Assembly: GCA_963728405.1 (NCBI GenBank)
Contig: CAVSJV010000017.1
Location: 384,001-448,000 of the forward strand
Direction: 5' to 3'
Source of the DNA: Methanomassiliicoccaceae archaeon
Lineage (GTDB): Archaea; Thermoplasmatota; Thermoplasmata; Methanomassiliicoccales; Methanomassiliicoccaceae
Length of the DNA: 64,000 nt
This document shows positions 31,057 to 42,338 of the stretch, piece after piece. Under the pieces are notes generated by a model. The model saw only the letters and a list, made by a program, of their open reading frames with translations. It was not told the origin of the DNA and ran no database searches. Each line of letters begins with the position of its first letter. Within the stretch, counting starts at the first letter, position 1. The position numbers and the translations under genes were made by a program.

Positions 31057-31525
31057 CCTTGCTCACCTCCTCGGAATCACGCTCGACCGACTCGGCCATA
31101 TCCTCCCGGTGTCTGGTCAGCTTCTGGGCGATGCCCTGTTCCTTTAGACCAAGTATCTGCAGCGCCAGCAATGCGGCGTTGTCCCCACGGTCCAGGCCTA
31201 CCGCTGCGACGGGGATCCCTGACGGCATCTGAACAATGGACAGGATGGAGTCCAGGTTGACCTTGCCGCTCACCGGGACGCCTATGACCGGCCTCACCGT
31301 CGATGCTGCTACCGCCCCAGGCAGGGCTGCGGATAGCCCGGCAATGGCGATGAATATCTCAGCATCGCTGCCGGAGACGATCTCCCTGACCCGGTCGGGG
31401 GTGCGATGGGCGGACGCTACCACGGTCTGAGAGCTGACTCCGAACTCTTTGAAAATATCAGAGGCCCTCTTGGCCACCGGGGCGTCGTGCTTGCTGCCCA
31501 GGATGATGAGGACTTGCGGCATCAT
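31043..31525 (-). CDS. purE: AIR carboxylase/N5-CAIR mutase PurE
   Basis: VASAHRTP, AGLSAALPG and SIVQMPSGIPVA motifs. Confidence 0.93.
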   Translation of the reverse strand: MMPQVLIILGSKHDAPVAKRASDIFKEFGVSSQTVVASAHRTPDRVREIVSGSDAEIFIAIAGLSAALPGAVAASTVRPVIGVPVSGKVNLDSILSIVQMPSGIPVAAVGLDRGDNAALLALQILGLKEQGIAQKLTRHREDMAESVERDSEEVSKDVQA

Positions 31526-31585
31526 GCCATGCAAACAATGCTCCATTAAAAAAGGTTGTGATGGGAAGGGGTTTGAGTTACCCGT

Positions 31586-31882
31586 TCAGGATTTCATGAT
31601 GGCCAACAGGAACACACCTATGGCGATCAAGGCCCCGATGAGGGCTGCCAGGATGTAAAGGAAGGCTGCCCAGATGGTCGCTCCGATGTTAACGTCGATC
31701 AGGCTGGGGTCCACCAGGCGGAGGCCAACCCAGATGATGCCAATGAGCAGGCCGACCACGAGGAGCACAACACCGATGGTGCGGCTCTTGCCACTCCCGA
31801 AGTAGGCGGTGAAGATACCAGCCAGTACAAGGAAGAGGCCCAAAGTCATTAGAAGTATAGTCAAGAATTCCATCAGTTGCAT
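31586..31882 (-). CDS. Small 3-TM membrane protein
   Basis: Hydrophobic ORF, FTAYFGSGKSR loop, GGTGA SD motif. Confidence 0.8.
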   Translation of the reverse strand: MQLMEFLTILLMTLGLFLVLAGIFTAYFGSGKSRTIGVVLLVVGLLIGIIWVGLRLVDPSLIDVNIGATIWAAFLYILAALIGALIAIGVFLLAIMKS

Positions 31883-31895
31883 TTTTTCACCTGTT

Positions 31896-32129
31896 TCAGA
31901 ACTTAATGCCCGTGAGCGTCTTGGTGTCTATGACCCCGGGGATCGATCTGATCTTGTCCACGACCACCTGGCCTAGGAGGTTGAAATCCTCTGCTTCGAT
32001 CTTTGCGATCAGATCATACTCTCCGAACAGGGGATGGAGCTCTACGACCTCCTTGACCTTGAGGAGCTCGTTGTAGACCTCATGCTCCTTGGCCGGCGCT
32101 GTGCTAATCAGTACGAACCCCACTGCCAA
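31896..32129 (-). CDS. Lrp/AsnC ligand-binding domain protein
   Basis: LFGEYDLIAKIE...IRSIPGVIDTKTL; TTG start after GGTGA. Confidence 0.88.
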   Translation of the reverse strand: MAVGFVLISTAPAKEHEVYNELLKVKEVVELHPLFGEYDLIAKIEAEDFNLLGQVVVDKIRSIPGVIDTKTLTGIKF

Positions 32130-32426
32130 ACTCTCACCTTGCTGCCCCATTAGTTTATATGTGATAATAAATGTTTCGACCTCGAAATTTTTACTGGCTT
32201 ACGGAGTTTTTTAACTTAATAGGCGCGATAAAACACCCGCTTTCACGACGGAGGGAGGGGAAGCTTGAGCAGATTCGAAGCTCTTTCTAAAGGTCCGACC
32301 GCCTGCTTCGCCGCCTCCCTGGCAGACCATCGAGACGACCGGGACCTACCGTTGGCTAACATCAGGCAAGACCTCCCTAGTGAGAGACGGACATATGATG
32401 CAAGATGCTCCGGCCGAGGGGGCAAA

Positions 32427-33361
32427 TCATTGATCGGCGAACCGGTCGAGGGCCGACAATAGGTCGCCGGCCCTGTGCTCCACCCCTTCCCATGTAGGGA
32501 TATTGGTCACAGATCCCTTTGATTCAAGAACGAACGAGGCCGTGGCATTTCCATAGGCCATCGATTCGAGGAGCCCGTGACCGCGATATTGTCCAGCGTA
32601 GAAGCCGGCCCGGAAGGCGTCCCCCGCGCCGGTAGGATCGATGATCTTTTCCGGCCTGGCCGGCAGCACCTTCCATGAACCCTTTCCCGTAAAGGCCACG
32701 GCGCCCTCCCCGCCCCGGGTGTTGATCACTGTAGAGACGTACGGAAGCAGGCCTTCCGGTCCCGCCGCGCCCATGTATCTAAGGGCAGTGCGGAGCTCGT
32801 TCTGGTTGCAGAAGAAACGATCGGCCAGCGGGAGGGCGAGCCGGAACGTCTCCTCGTCCCAGATGCGGTGGACTTCCTGGGCCGGATCGAAGGAGATGTC
32901 CTTTCCCAGCCCTCGGGCCTCCTTCATCACCTTCAGGTAGTATTCCGGCCGGCCGGTCGAGATGTGCACGAACTTGGCCTCGCGGGCGGCGGCCAGGCGT
33001 ACCTCGAAATTGGCCATGTCTCGCATCGGTCCCTGATAGACGTAGGCGACCTGGTTCTCCTGGGCGTCGGAGACGATGAGCACGGTGGATGTCTCATAGC
33101 CGTCGACGGTCACGACCTCTTTCAGATCTACTCCCTTCGATTCCATGAAGTGGCGGAAGTCCGGCGGAAGGTCCGCGCCGACGAAGGAGCACAATGCGGT
33201 GGGGACGCCCAACGAGGCGGCGACGGTGGCGATGTTGGCGCCGGTCCCCCCGTGGTAGCGGTGCTTCTCCAGTATGTCTACGGAGGTGTTCGGTTCAGGA
33301 AAGTGATCGAGGGACATTATCTGGTCCAGGCACACGTGGCCGTAGACGACCAGGAACGGCC

Positions 33362-33365
<4 letters not shown>
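32427..33365 (-). CDS. PfkB-family carbohydrate/nucleoside kinase
   Basis: GGTGANIA and DPTGAGDAFRAG motifs. Confidence 0.92.
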
Positions 33366-34600
<1,235 letters not shown>

Positions 34601-34644
34601 GGGAACACCACCCTTGGCATTGAAAAAGCCCTTAATGTGCTTTG

Positions 34645-35383
34645 CTACCCCTTCAGCAGGGCGCACATGGCCTCTCTGGACCGCCGGAGGTTATCAGCAT
34701 TGCTGAACGAGGCGATGAGGCGCTTCCTCTCCGCCGGATCGTTCCTGAGCTCGTGAATGGCATTCTCGATGCTAGGGGCCGCCCTGGTCAGCTCGTCGAC
34801 CGCGGTGACATGTGATTCAACGGCCGTCCGAGACAGCGGGTTCAGGTCGATGGCCAGCACGGTCTTCCCGGCTTTGACCAGCGCACCGGCCCGGTCACCA
34901 TCTTCCAGGGGGATGAGCACGACATCGGCGCGATAGATGCCTTCGGTGGCGCACCGGGCCCGGTCCGACGCTATACCTTCTAACCGGGACGCTTGCTCTC
35001 GCCCCAGCACATCTCGGCCGCCGTGTCGCTCCAGATACTGGCACACCCTCTCCACCCTCTCCGGGGAGCGGTGGAACAGGTTCACCTCGACCTGGGCAGG
35101 GACGGCTCGGGCCAGGGATAGTAGCCCTTCGGCGCACAGGCCGGCGGCGTTGCCGTTAATGGTGATGACCGGACGCTTCGCTTCCAGCAGGTGCGCGGCC
35201 ATGACCATCTCGGACCGCTGGGCGGTCTCAGCTGGTCCTCTCGCCCAGCAGATAGTCGAAGGCCTCGCCCCGGCCGTGGGCGATGAGCCCGGTCGGCGCG
35301 ACCACGCCTTCCCTGACCAGATCGGACATCCTCTCCCGCACCACTAGGGATCGGTAGCGGGGATGGTCCTTGGATATCTCCAT
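34645..35383 (-). CDS. 4-phosphopantoate--beta-alanine ligase (frameshift near 35230)
   Basis: [37 protein letters not shown] and IDLNPLSRT motifs. Confidence 0.92.
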
Positions 35384-35553
35384 GCTCCGACCATGGGCAA
35401 GGAGCGTATAATCATTATCGTTCCCACGTAACGACAGTGTTATGGCCAGCGTCCGAGGGGCGACAAACAAAGATAATAAAGGCTATCGTAATGTACTTAT
35501 ACTCGTTTTCCAATCTACTTGAACATACCGGTCGTTGTATCCCTGGTGATAAA

Positions 35554-35823
35554 ATGAAACTTCTAGGAATGATCCAGGACGTTGGTTTTGATGGAAAGCT
35601 CATCGTAAGGGGAGCTTTCGCCCCCGCCCCCCGGGAGAGGGTCGTGGACAACAGGAGCAAGCCGCTGGGCTACGTGCGTAGAGTGTTCGGCCCGGTCGAC
35701 TCACCCTACATCATCGTTGAACCGGCTGGTAAGAGCAACCTGCTCGCAGCTGTGGGGAAGCAGGTCTACGTCGAGGAGGTCGGATATTATGCCAAAGGTA
35801 AGAGAAGGGACCGAAGAGATTGA
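35554..35823 (+). CDS. gar1: H/ACA RNP protein Gar1/Naf1
   Basis: [14 protein letters not shown] motif; conserved position upstream of tfb. Confidence 0.85.
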   Translation: MKLLGMIQDVGFDGKLIVRGAFAPAPRERVVDNRSKPLGYVRRVFGPVDSPYIIVEPAGKSNLLAAVGKQVYVEEVGYYAKGKRRDRRD

Positions 35824-36721
35824 GAAATGCCCCGAGTGCGCGGGCAAGCATCTGGTCAGGGACTATGAGCGCGGTGAGCTCATCTGCGAGGACTGCGGTC
35901 TAGTGCTGGACGATCAGTTCATTGATCAGGGGCCGGAGTGGAGGGCCTTCGACGTTGAGCAGGGTGAGAAGAGGGCCAGGACCGGGGCCCCCATGACCTA
36001 TACCATTCACGACAAGGGCCTGTCGACCGAGATCTCCTGGAAGAACAAGGACAGCTACGGCAAGAGCATACCCACCAGGAATCGCGCTCAGCTCTATCGC
36101 CTGCGGAAGTGGCAGCGCCGGATCAGGGTCTCCAATGCCACAGAAAGGAACCTGGCGTTCGCGTTGTCCGAGTTGGACCGCATGGCCTCGGCCATGGGCC
36201 TGCCCCGGAACGTGCGGGAGACGGCGGCCATGGTATACCGTAAGGCGGTCAACAAGAACCTCATCCGCGGACGGAGCATCGAGGGAGTGGTAGCGGCGTC
36301 GTTGTACGCAGCATGCCGCCAATGTAACGTTCCGAGGACGCTGGACGAGGTCGCCAACTCCTCCCGGGTAGGGAGAAAGGAGATCGGAAGGACCTACCGG
36401 TTCATGACCCGAGAGCTGAAGCTGAAGCTCATGCCGACCAGGCCCCAGGACTATGTGCAGAGGTTCTGCTCCGAGCTCAAGCTCAGTGGCGAGGTACAGT
36501 CCAAGGCCGCCGAGATCCTGAAGGATGCGGCCAAGAAGGAACTGACCTCCGGACGCGGCCCAACGGGAGTAGCGGCCGCGGCCATCTACATCGCCTCCAT
36601 CCTGTGCAACGAGCGCAGGACCCAGAGGGAGGTCGCGGACATTGCTGGGGTCACTGAGGTCACCATCAGGAACCGCTACAAGGAGCTGACCGAGAAGTTG
36701 GGCATCGAGATCCAGCTCTAA
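35789..36721 (+). CDS. tfb: Transcription initiation factor IIB
   Basis: CPEC..CEDCG zinc ribbon, GPEWRAF, two cyclin repeats, [13 protein letters not shown]. Confidence 0.97.
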   Translation: MPKVREGTEEIEKCPECAGKHLVRDYERGELICEDCGLVLDDQFIDQGPEWRAFDVEQGEKRARTGAPMTYTIHDKGLSTEISWKNKDSYGKSIPTRNRAQLYRLRKWQRRIRVSNATERNLAFALSELDRMASAMGLPRNVRETAAMVYRKAVNKNLIRGRSIEGVVAASLYAACRQCNVPRTLDEVANSSRVGRKEIGRTYRFMTRELKLKLMPTRPQDYVQRFCSELKLSGEVQSKAAEILKDAAKKELTSGRGPTGVAAAAIYIASILCNERRTQREVADIAGVTEVTIRNRYKELTEKLGIEIQL

Positions 36722-36754
36722 GCTCCAAACACCTTTTTCAATTTTTCTTTAACT

Positions 36755-37083
36755 TAGGTGAGCGGGAAGTCCCCCTGCGCAAGCGGGGGATGCTCTCGAG
36801 CAATAGCACTTTCGGACATTTCACCGTTCGAAATTATTACATGAAGGTCGTCAGGAAATTTCTTGCTCTGACACGATCGCCAACAAGTGCCGTCTCTACT
36901 CGAACACAGAGGTGGTAACCGTCGCTATCACGCGATCGTAACGCTTCGATCAAAATCCTCGACCGAGGATACAACAACGAGGCCATGAAGCCACTGAACG
37001 AAGCGCTGACCATAGACCTCCAGGACATTTCCGGGGCATCCAAGCTCAAGAGCGAGACCACAAACCACGCCGCGCCGGCCTGA
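36755..37083 (+). mobile_element. Decayed IS200/IS605 remnant (terminal hairpin plus tnpB C-terminal vestige)
   Basis: Hairpin TCCCCCTGCGCAAGCGGGGGA at 36770-36790; frame from 36841 contains STRTQRW*..LSRDRNASIKILDRG, resembling TnpB DRDxNAAxNI. Confidence 0.6.
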
Positions 37084-37098
37084 ATACCCTTACCCCTC

Positions 37099-38154
37099 TC
37101 AGGGACGGACCCGGGACAGCCGCATGTACTCGGTACCGTCCTTCTTGACCCAGGCGAACAGTATGTCCTTTTTCACCCCATGGGCCAGGCGGACCGCCCG
37201 GGAGATCTCCGGCCAATTGGTAGTATACTCCTCAGGGATGGCATGCACCAGCCAGCGAGCGTGGGACTTTTCAGGGTCGTCCTCGTATACTCGGAAGTGG
37301 GAGCCGTACTTGAAGCCGGTCTTCACCACCAGTCCGCGGGAGCGGAGGTCATCGTACGCCTTGAGCCGAAGATCGAAATCATGCTGGAACTTCAAGCCTC
37401 GTTTCTTGAACCGCTCCAGGTTCACCCGGCGGCCGGATACGATCGTCGATACGTTCAGCCGCTCACGTTCCATCAGATGCGCTGCCTCGATCAATGATAG
37501 CTGCAGCACCTTGCCCAGCTTCTTGCCGTAGAACCCGTTATCGTACAGCCGCTGGGCTCCTGGCTCGTCGAAGACCATCACGCGGTCCTCGAGTAGAGAC
37601 CCTTCCACGGGCGGCCCGCTCCATTCTCGGTGAGCCACCCCCTTGGGATCGCTGCGGTCAGCGTGGTAGTAGGTCAGATCCCCCTCTTCATCGACGATGG
37701 CGATGAGTAGCTCTTTCCGCGTTTTCTCGGAGCGCTCCATCTCGGCCATGAACGGGCCGATGCTGAACACTGAACGTTCCGATATCGCCGACACCCAGTT
37801 CTTGGTCTGGGCGCTGCTCGGGGTTCCTCCACGAGGGAATACTCGAAAATCGAACTCGTTTCCCGCTGATTTGACCAAGAATCCTCTTGACCGCAGGTCG
37901 CGATAGACGATGTACTTGATCTCGAAGTCCCGATGGGCTGAGGAAGCGCAGGCTACCAGGCGGTCCATCGGCAGCGGCTCGCCGTCCTTGAGGACCTCCA
38001 GGCGAGCGCTCTCGACCAGATAGATGGCCTCCAGCAGGTCCAGCTCCAGACCGCCACCGGAGACGGGGTAGCCATAGTAACCTTTATTATAGATCTGGCT
38101 GGCCTCGGTCTGGTCCCTGATCAAGACATTATCATTCACCAGTTCCCCAGGCAT
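37099..38154 (-). CDS. endA: tRNA-splicing endonuclease (two-repeat type)
   Basis: Two EndA repeats; VVKTGFKYGSHFRVY, H and RLAHGVKK catalytic motifs. Confidence 0.94.
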   Translation of the reverse strand: MPGELVNDNVLIRDQTEASQIYNKGYYGYPVSGGGLELDLLEAIYLVESARLEVLKDGEPLPMDRLVACASSAHRDFEIKYIVYRDLRSRGFLVKSAGNEFDFRVFPRGGTPSSAQTKNWVSAISERSVFSIGPFMAEMERSEKTRKELLIAIVDEEGDLTYYHADRSDPKGVAHREWSGPPVEGSLLEDRVMVFDEPGAQRLYDNGFYGKKLGKVLQLSLIEAAHLMERERLNVSTIVSGRRVNLERFKKRGLKFQHDFDLRLKAYDDLRSRGLVVKTGFKYGSHFRVYEDDPEKSHARWLVHAIPEEYTTNWPEISRAVRLAHGVKKDILFAWVKKDGTEYMRLSRVRP

Positions 38155-38269
38155 GCTACTGGCAAAACCCCCCATGCTAATAATCCTTTCCTCATTCCAG
38201 CGACCCATCGTCGGTCGTTTAGATTGCGGTGGAAGGATTTATCTAGCGGTAACCCTCAATACATCGTTC

Positions 38270-38284
38270 ACAACCTGAAGTTAC
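38270..38284 (+). promoter_or_regulatory. Candidate heat-shock repressor operator
   Basis: ACAAC-N5-GTTAC downstream of a TTTAT box and upstream of the ArsR-type gene. Confidence 0.6.
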
Positions 38285-38305
38285 TATGAACGGCCGGTGA
38301 GATCA

Positions 38306-38929
38306 ATGGTAGAACTTGACGAGCTCCTTTCGGTCATCGAGAACCCCACGAGGCGCAAGATCCTGGAGGCGCTGGTTCGGGAGCCCCACTACCCCCTGCA
38401 ACTGTCCAAAGAGCTGGGGATGAGCCAACAGGCGATCATGAAGCACCTCAAAGTGTTGGAAGGGTACCATTTGGTGAAGAGCTTCCAGGAAGCAAGCGAT
38501 CTGGGCGGGCCGATGAGGAAGAAGTACTGTCCCGCCCTGAACTTCACTATCGTGGTGGACCTGGGACCGAACCTGTTCAACGCTGAGCTGCTGACCCGCG
38601 AGCACATCGTCCAAGCGGTCACGGCGCGGGGGCACAGGAAGGACCGGTCAGAGCTGGACGACCAGGTCAGGCAGCTGAGGGAGAGCATGGCGGAGATCGA
38701 CCGCCAGCTCATCGAACTGCAGCAGAAGAGGGAGGGGCTCATCGAGGAGAGGGAAAGGACCATGGACGAGGTCGCCCGCCTCATAGCCGGACTGCCCGAT
38801 TACCAGGTTCGGAAGGTCATGTATGAGTTCATCAGCAGACCGGACCTCGATCCCGAGGAGATAGCCCGCGAGCTGTCCATCCGGGACGAGGTGGTGCTGC
38901 GCTATCTGAAAGTATGGCTGGAGGGATGA
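38306..38929 (+). CDS. ArsR-family wHTH regulator (HSR1/Phr-like heat-shock regulator)
   Basis: ENPTRRKIL...SQQAIMKHLKVLE...RKKY plus coiled coil; upstream of cdc48 and hsp20. Confidence 0.85.
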   Translation: MVELDELLSVIENPTRRKILEALVREPHYPLQLSKELGMSQQAIMKHLKVLEGYHLVKSFQEASDLGGPMRKKYCPALNFTIVVDLGPNLFNAELLTREHIVQAVTARGHRKDRSELDDQVRQLRESMAEIDRQLIELQQKREGLIEERERTMDEVARLIAGLPDYQVRKVMYEFISRPDLDPEEIARELSIRDEVVLRYLKVWLEG

Positions 38930-39225
38930 AAATGAGCGATGAACAGAGCCCCCGGAAGAGGGCGGAGATGTATATGGAGCAGATGCTCCGGGTAGCTACC
39001 GAGGCTGGCCAGATGCTCGATAAGACCATGGCCATCATGGAGACGAGCTCAAAGGAGCTCCTAAGCGCAGTCTCCCGGGAAACGAAGGACAATACCCACG
39101 AGATCAAGCGCCTTGCCAACGAGATCATGGGAGAGGTCAAGGAGGACATCCCCCGGGTCCGGGCCGAGCTCCGGGAGATGGAGGCCAGGGCCAGGGAGAA
39201 GCTACGGGAGTTCGAGGGCAAGTAA
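38926..39225 (+). CDS. Small coiled-coil hypothetical protein
   Basis: ATGA overlap with the regulator; charged helical sequence. Confidence 0.75.
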   Translation: MKMSDEQSPRKRAEMYMEQMLRVATEAGQMLDKTMAIMETSSKELLSAVSRETKDNTHEIKRLANEIMGEVKEDIPRVRAELREMEARAREKLREFEGK

Positions 39226-39265
39226 AGCAATCTATTATATAGAAGGGCTAGCAATACACTTCCTC

Positions 39266-39292
39266 TAGTATACAACTTCTAGTTGTCTACTA
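39266..39292 (+). promoter_or_regulatory. Palindromic operator upstream of cdc48-hsp20
   Basis: TAGTATACAAC-TTCTA-GTTGTCTACTA (10 of 11 arm positions match), downstream of a TATA-like box near 39234. Confidence 0.75.
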
Positions 39293-39308
39293 TACTATTG
39301 GAGGCTAA

Positions 39309-39470
39309 ATGAACCCTGAGGTCCCCGAAAGGGAGCGGACCCCGGTGCCCCGTCGCCGGTGGAAGCCGCTTGACGAACCGGACAGAAGAGTGAACGAGCT
39401 AGCCCTGGAGCACGCCACGAGCGTGGCCGAGCCAGCCTTTGAAACACAGGTCGGTTGGGGCGCTCATTAA
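39309..39470 (+). CDS. Putative 53-aa ORF ahead of cdc48
   Basis: GGAGG SD at 39300; ATG 39309 to TAA 39470; MNPEVPERERTPVPRRRWKPLDEPDRRVNELALEH... Confidence 0.5.
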   Translation: MNPEVPERERTPVPRRRWKPLDEPDRRVNELALEHATSVAEPAFETQVGWGAH

Positions 39471-39509
39471 ATAAGCGCTCTGACCAAAGAACATGTGAGA
39501 GTGAATATC

Positions 39510-41694
39510 ATGGATTCATCAGAGAAAGTACTAAAGGTCGCCGAAGCCAAGTCCAAGGACGCGGAGCGCGGCATCGCCAGGGTCGACCCTGCGGTCATGG
39601 AGGTCCTCGGCATCACCGCCGGCGACGTCATCCAGATCGAGGGGAAGAAGCGCACCGTGGCCATCGTCTGGCCGGGGTACCCGGAGGACGCCAACCGCGG
39701 AGTGATCCGCATCGACGGCACCATCCGCCGTAACGCTCAGACCAGTATCGACGAGAAGGTCGCCATTGTCAAAGTCAACGTTAAAGAGGCCCGCAAGATC
39801 GCCTTTGCTCCCACTGAGCCCCTCCGCATCATGGGTGGCGAGGAGTATCTAAGTCAGACCTTGGAAGGACGGGCGGTGACCAGGGGGGACGTCATCCAGA
39901 TCAATGTCATGGGCCGAAGGATCGACCTGGTGGTGGTCTCCTTCACCCCTACGTCAGATGCGGTGCTGGTGCACCGGACCACCGAGGTCAAGATCAGCGA
40001 GAAGCCGGTCAAGGAAGGCGCCTCCAACAGGCCCAAGGTCACCTACGAGGACATCGGCGGCCTGGGCGACGAGGTCAAGCGCGTTCGTGAGATGATCGAG
40101 CTGCCCCTCAGCCACCCTGAGCTGTTCGAGCGGCTAGGGGTGGAAGCGCCCAAGGGGGTGCTACTGCACGGGCCACCTGGCACCGGCAAGACGCTGCTGG
40201 CGAAAGCCGTCGCCGGGCGAGACCAACGCCAACTTCGTCACCATCGGCGGGCCCGAGATCATGTCCAAGTTCTACGGCGAGAGCGAAGAACGTCTCCGGG
40301 AGATATTCAAGCAGGCCCAGGAGAACGCGCCGAGCATCATCTTCATCGACGAGATCGACTCCATCGCCCCCAAGCGCGAAGAGGTAACTGGCGAAACGGA
40401 GCGGCGGGTGGTGGCCCAGCTGCTGTCCCTCATGGACGGCCTGGAGGCCCGGGGCAAGGTCGTGGTCATCGGCGCGACGAACCGCCCCAATGCCCTGGAC
40501 CCAGCCATACGAAGGCCGGGAAGGTTCGACCGCGAGATCGAGATCAACCCACCCAACCGCGAAGGCCGACTGGACATCCTCCAGATCCACACCCGGGGGA
40601 TGCCCCTGGAGAAGGACGTCAACCTGGAGCAGCTGGCCGACCTGACCCATGGCTATGTGGGAGCGGACCTCTCGGCGCTCACGAAGGAGGCGGCGATGCA
40701 CTCGCTACGCCGTATCCTGCCGGAACTGGACCTGGAGATGGAGTCCATCCCCATGGACCTGCTGATGAAGATCACCGTCAGGAGGGATGACTTCTTCGCC
40801 GCCCTGCGGGAGATGCAGCCTTCCTCCCTGCGCGAGGTGTTCATCGAGACGCCCAACGTCCACTGGGACGAGATCGGCGGACTGCTCGACGCCAAGAGAG
40901 AGCTGCAGGAAGCGGTAGAGTGGCCGCTGAAGTACGCCTCGGTCTTCGAACACATGAGCGCCACCCCGCCCAAGGGGGTGCTGCTATTCGGTCCGCCCGG
41001 CACCGGCAAGACGCTGCTGGCGAAAGCCGTCGCCACGGAATCGCAGGCCAACTTCATCAACGTGAAGGGGCCGGAGTTCCTGAGCAAGTGGGTCGGCGAG
41101 TCCGAGAAGGCCGTGAGGGAGACGTTCCGCAAGGCGCGTCAGGCCGCACCATGCATCATCTTCATGGACGAGATCGACTCCATCGCCCCGGTACGGGGCG
41201 GGGAGGGGGACAGCCATGTCACCGAGCGGGTGATCTCCCAGATGCTCACCGAGATCGACGGCCTGCAGAGCCTGCACAATGTGGTGGTCATCGCTGCCAC
41301 CAACCGGCCGGACATGCTGGACCCAGCGCTGCTGCGCCCCGGACGCTTCGATCGACTGGTAAAGATCCCGACCCCCGATATCGAGGGAAGGAAGCAGGTC
41401 CTCCGGATCCATACGGCCAAAAAGCCGCTGGCCTCGGACGTGGACATCGACGAGCTGGCCCGGAAGACCGACGGCTACTCCGGCGCGGACCTGGCCGCTC
41501 TGGCCAACGAAGCCGTAATGCTCACCATCCGGTCGCTGGTGTCGAAGAAGAAGGACCTCACCGCCGAGGATATCAACAAGGAGAAGGTCCCCATGAAGTT
41601 CTTCATCCAGGCACTGGACAAGGTCAAGCCGATGACCAGGACCGATCTGGGGAAGTTCCCCAAGGTCGCCAACGATTACGTGTATGTGAGGTAA
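39510..41694 (+). CDS. cdc48: CDC48/VAT AAA+ ATPase (frameshift at 40215-40217)
   Basis: N domain plus two GPPGTGKT / IFxDEID / RPGRFDR modules. Confidence 0.95.
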
Positions 41695-41699
41695 GTAAC

Positions 41700-42230
41700 A
41701 TGGTCGACGATAAGAGAAAGAGACGCCGGACCAACTGGGACGACCTCTTCGGCAACTTCGACGAGGAGTTCGAGGAGATGCGCCACCGGATGGATTCGCT
41801 CATGGAAGGCTTCATGAACGGTAAGATGGACGCCAGCATGGGCCAGCCCATCGTCTATGGGTTCTCCATGCGGATGGGACCGGACGGTAAGCCGCACATC
41901 CAGGAGTTCGGTAACAAGCCCGCCGAGAGCCCTGAGGAAGAGGGAGCCCGAGAACCGCTCACCGACATCATCGAGGAGAAGGACAAGGTCCGGGTCATCG
42001 TTGAGCTCCCCGGGGTGGAAAAGGACGATATCCAGCTCCGCGTCGAGGACCGCCTTCTGGACATTTCGGTCGACAAGGAGGACCGCAAGTTCTCCAAGGA
42101 GCTGGAACTGCCTTCAGCGGTGGACACGGACTCGGCCCAGGCCTCGTACAAGAACGGGGTCCTTGAGGTCAGCCTGACCAAGGTGGCCCCCAAGAAGCGT
42201 GGCCGAGCGGTCAAGATCGAGGGCAAGTAA
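41700..42230 (+). CDS. hsp20: Small heat-shock protein Hsp20
   Basis: YGFSMRMGPDGKP, ELPGVEKDDI and YKNGVLEV motifs. Confidence 0.94.
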   Translation: MVDDKRKRRRTNWDDLFGNFDEEFEEMRHRMDSLMEGFMNGKMDASMGQPIVYGFSMRMGPDGKPHIQEFGNKPAESPEEEGAREPLTDIIEEKDKVRVIVELPGVEKDDIQLRVEDRLLDISVDKEDRKFSKELELPSAVDTDSAQASYKNGVLEVSLTKVAPKKRGRAVKIEGK

Positions 42231-42237
42231 GCCCAAA

Positions 42238-42299
42238 CCTTTTATCCTTCCCCCATTTTTATTACATTCCAGATACGATATCCATTGCTCTTTTTTTTT
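42238..42299 (+). terminator. T-rich archaeal terminator region
   Basis: Several T runs directly after the hsp20 stop. Confidence 0.5.
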
Positions 42300-42338
42300 A
42301 GAGAACGCTCATATAGAAGTTTACGCGTACACTGGTCC

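Noticed and set aside
40179-41034. 36-bp exact repeat GGCACCGGCAAGACGCTGCTGGCGAAAGCCGTCGCC (40179-40214 and 40999-41034)
   Set aside because: These are the Walker A regions of the duplicated D1/D2 AAA domains of cdc48, not a mobile or regulatory repeat.
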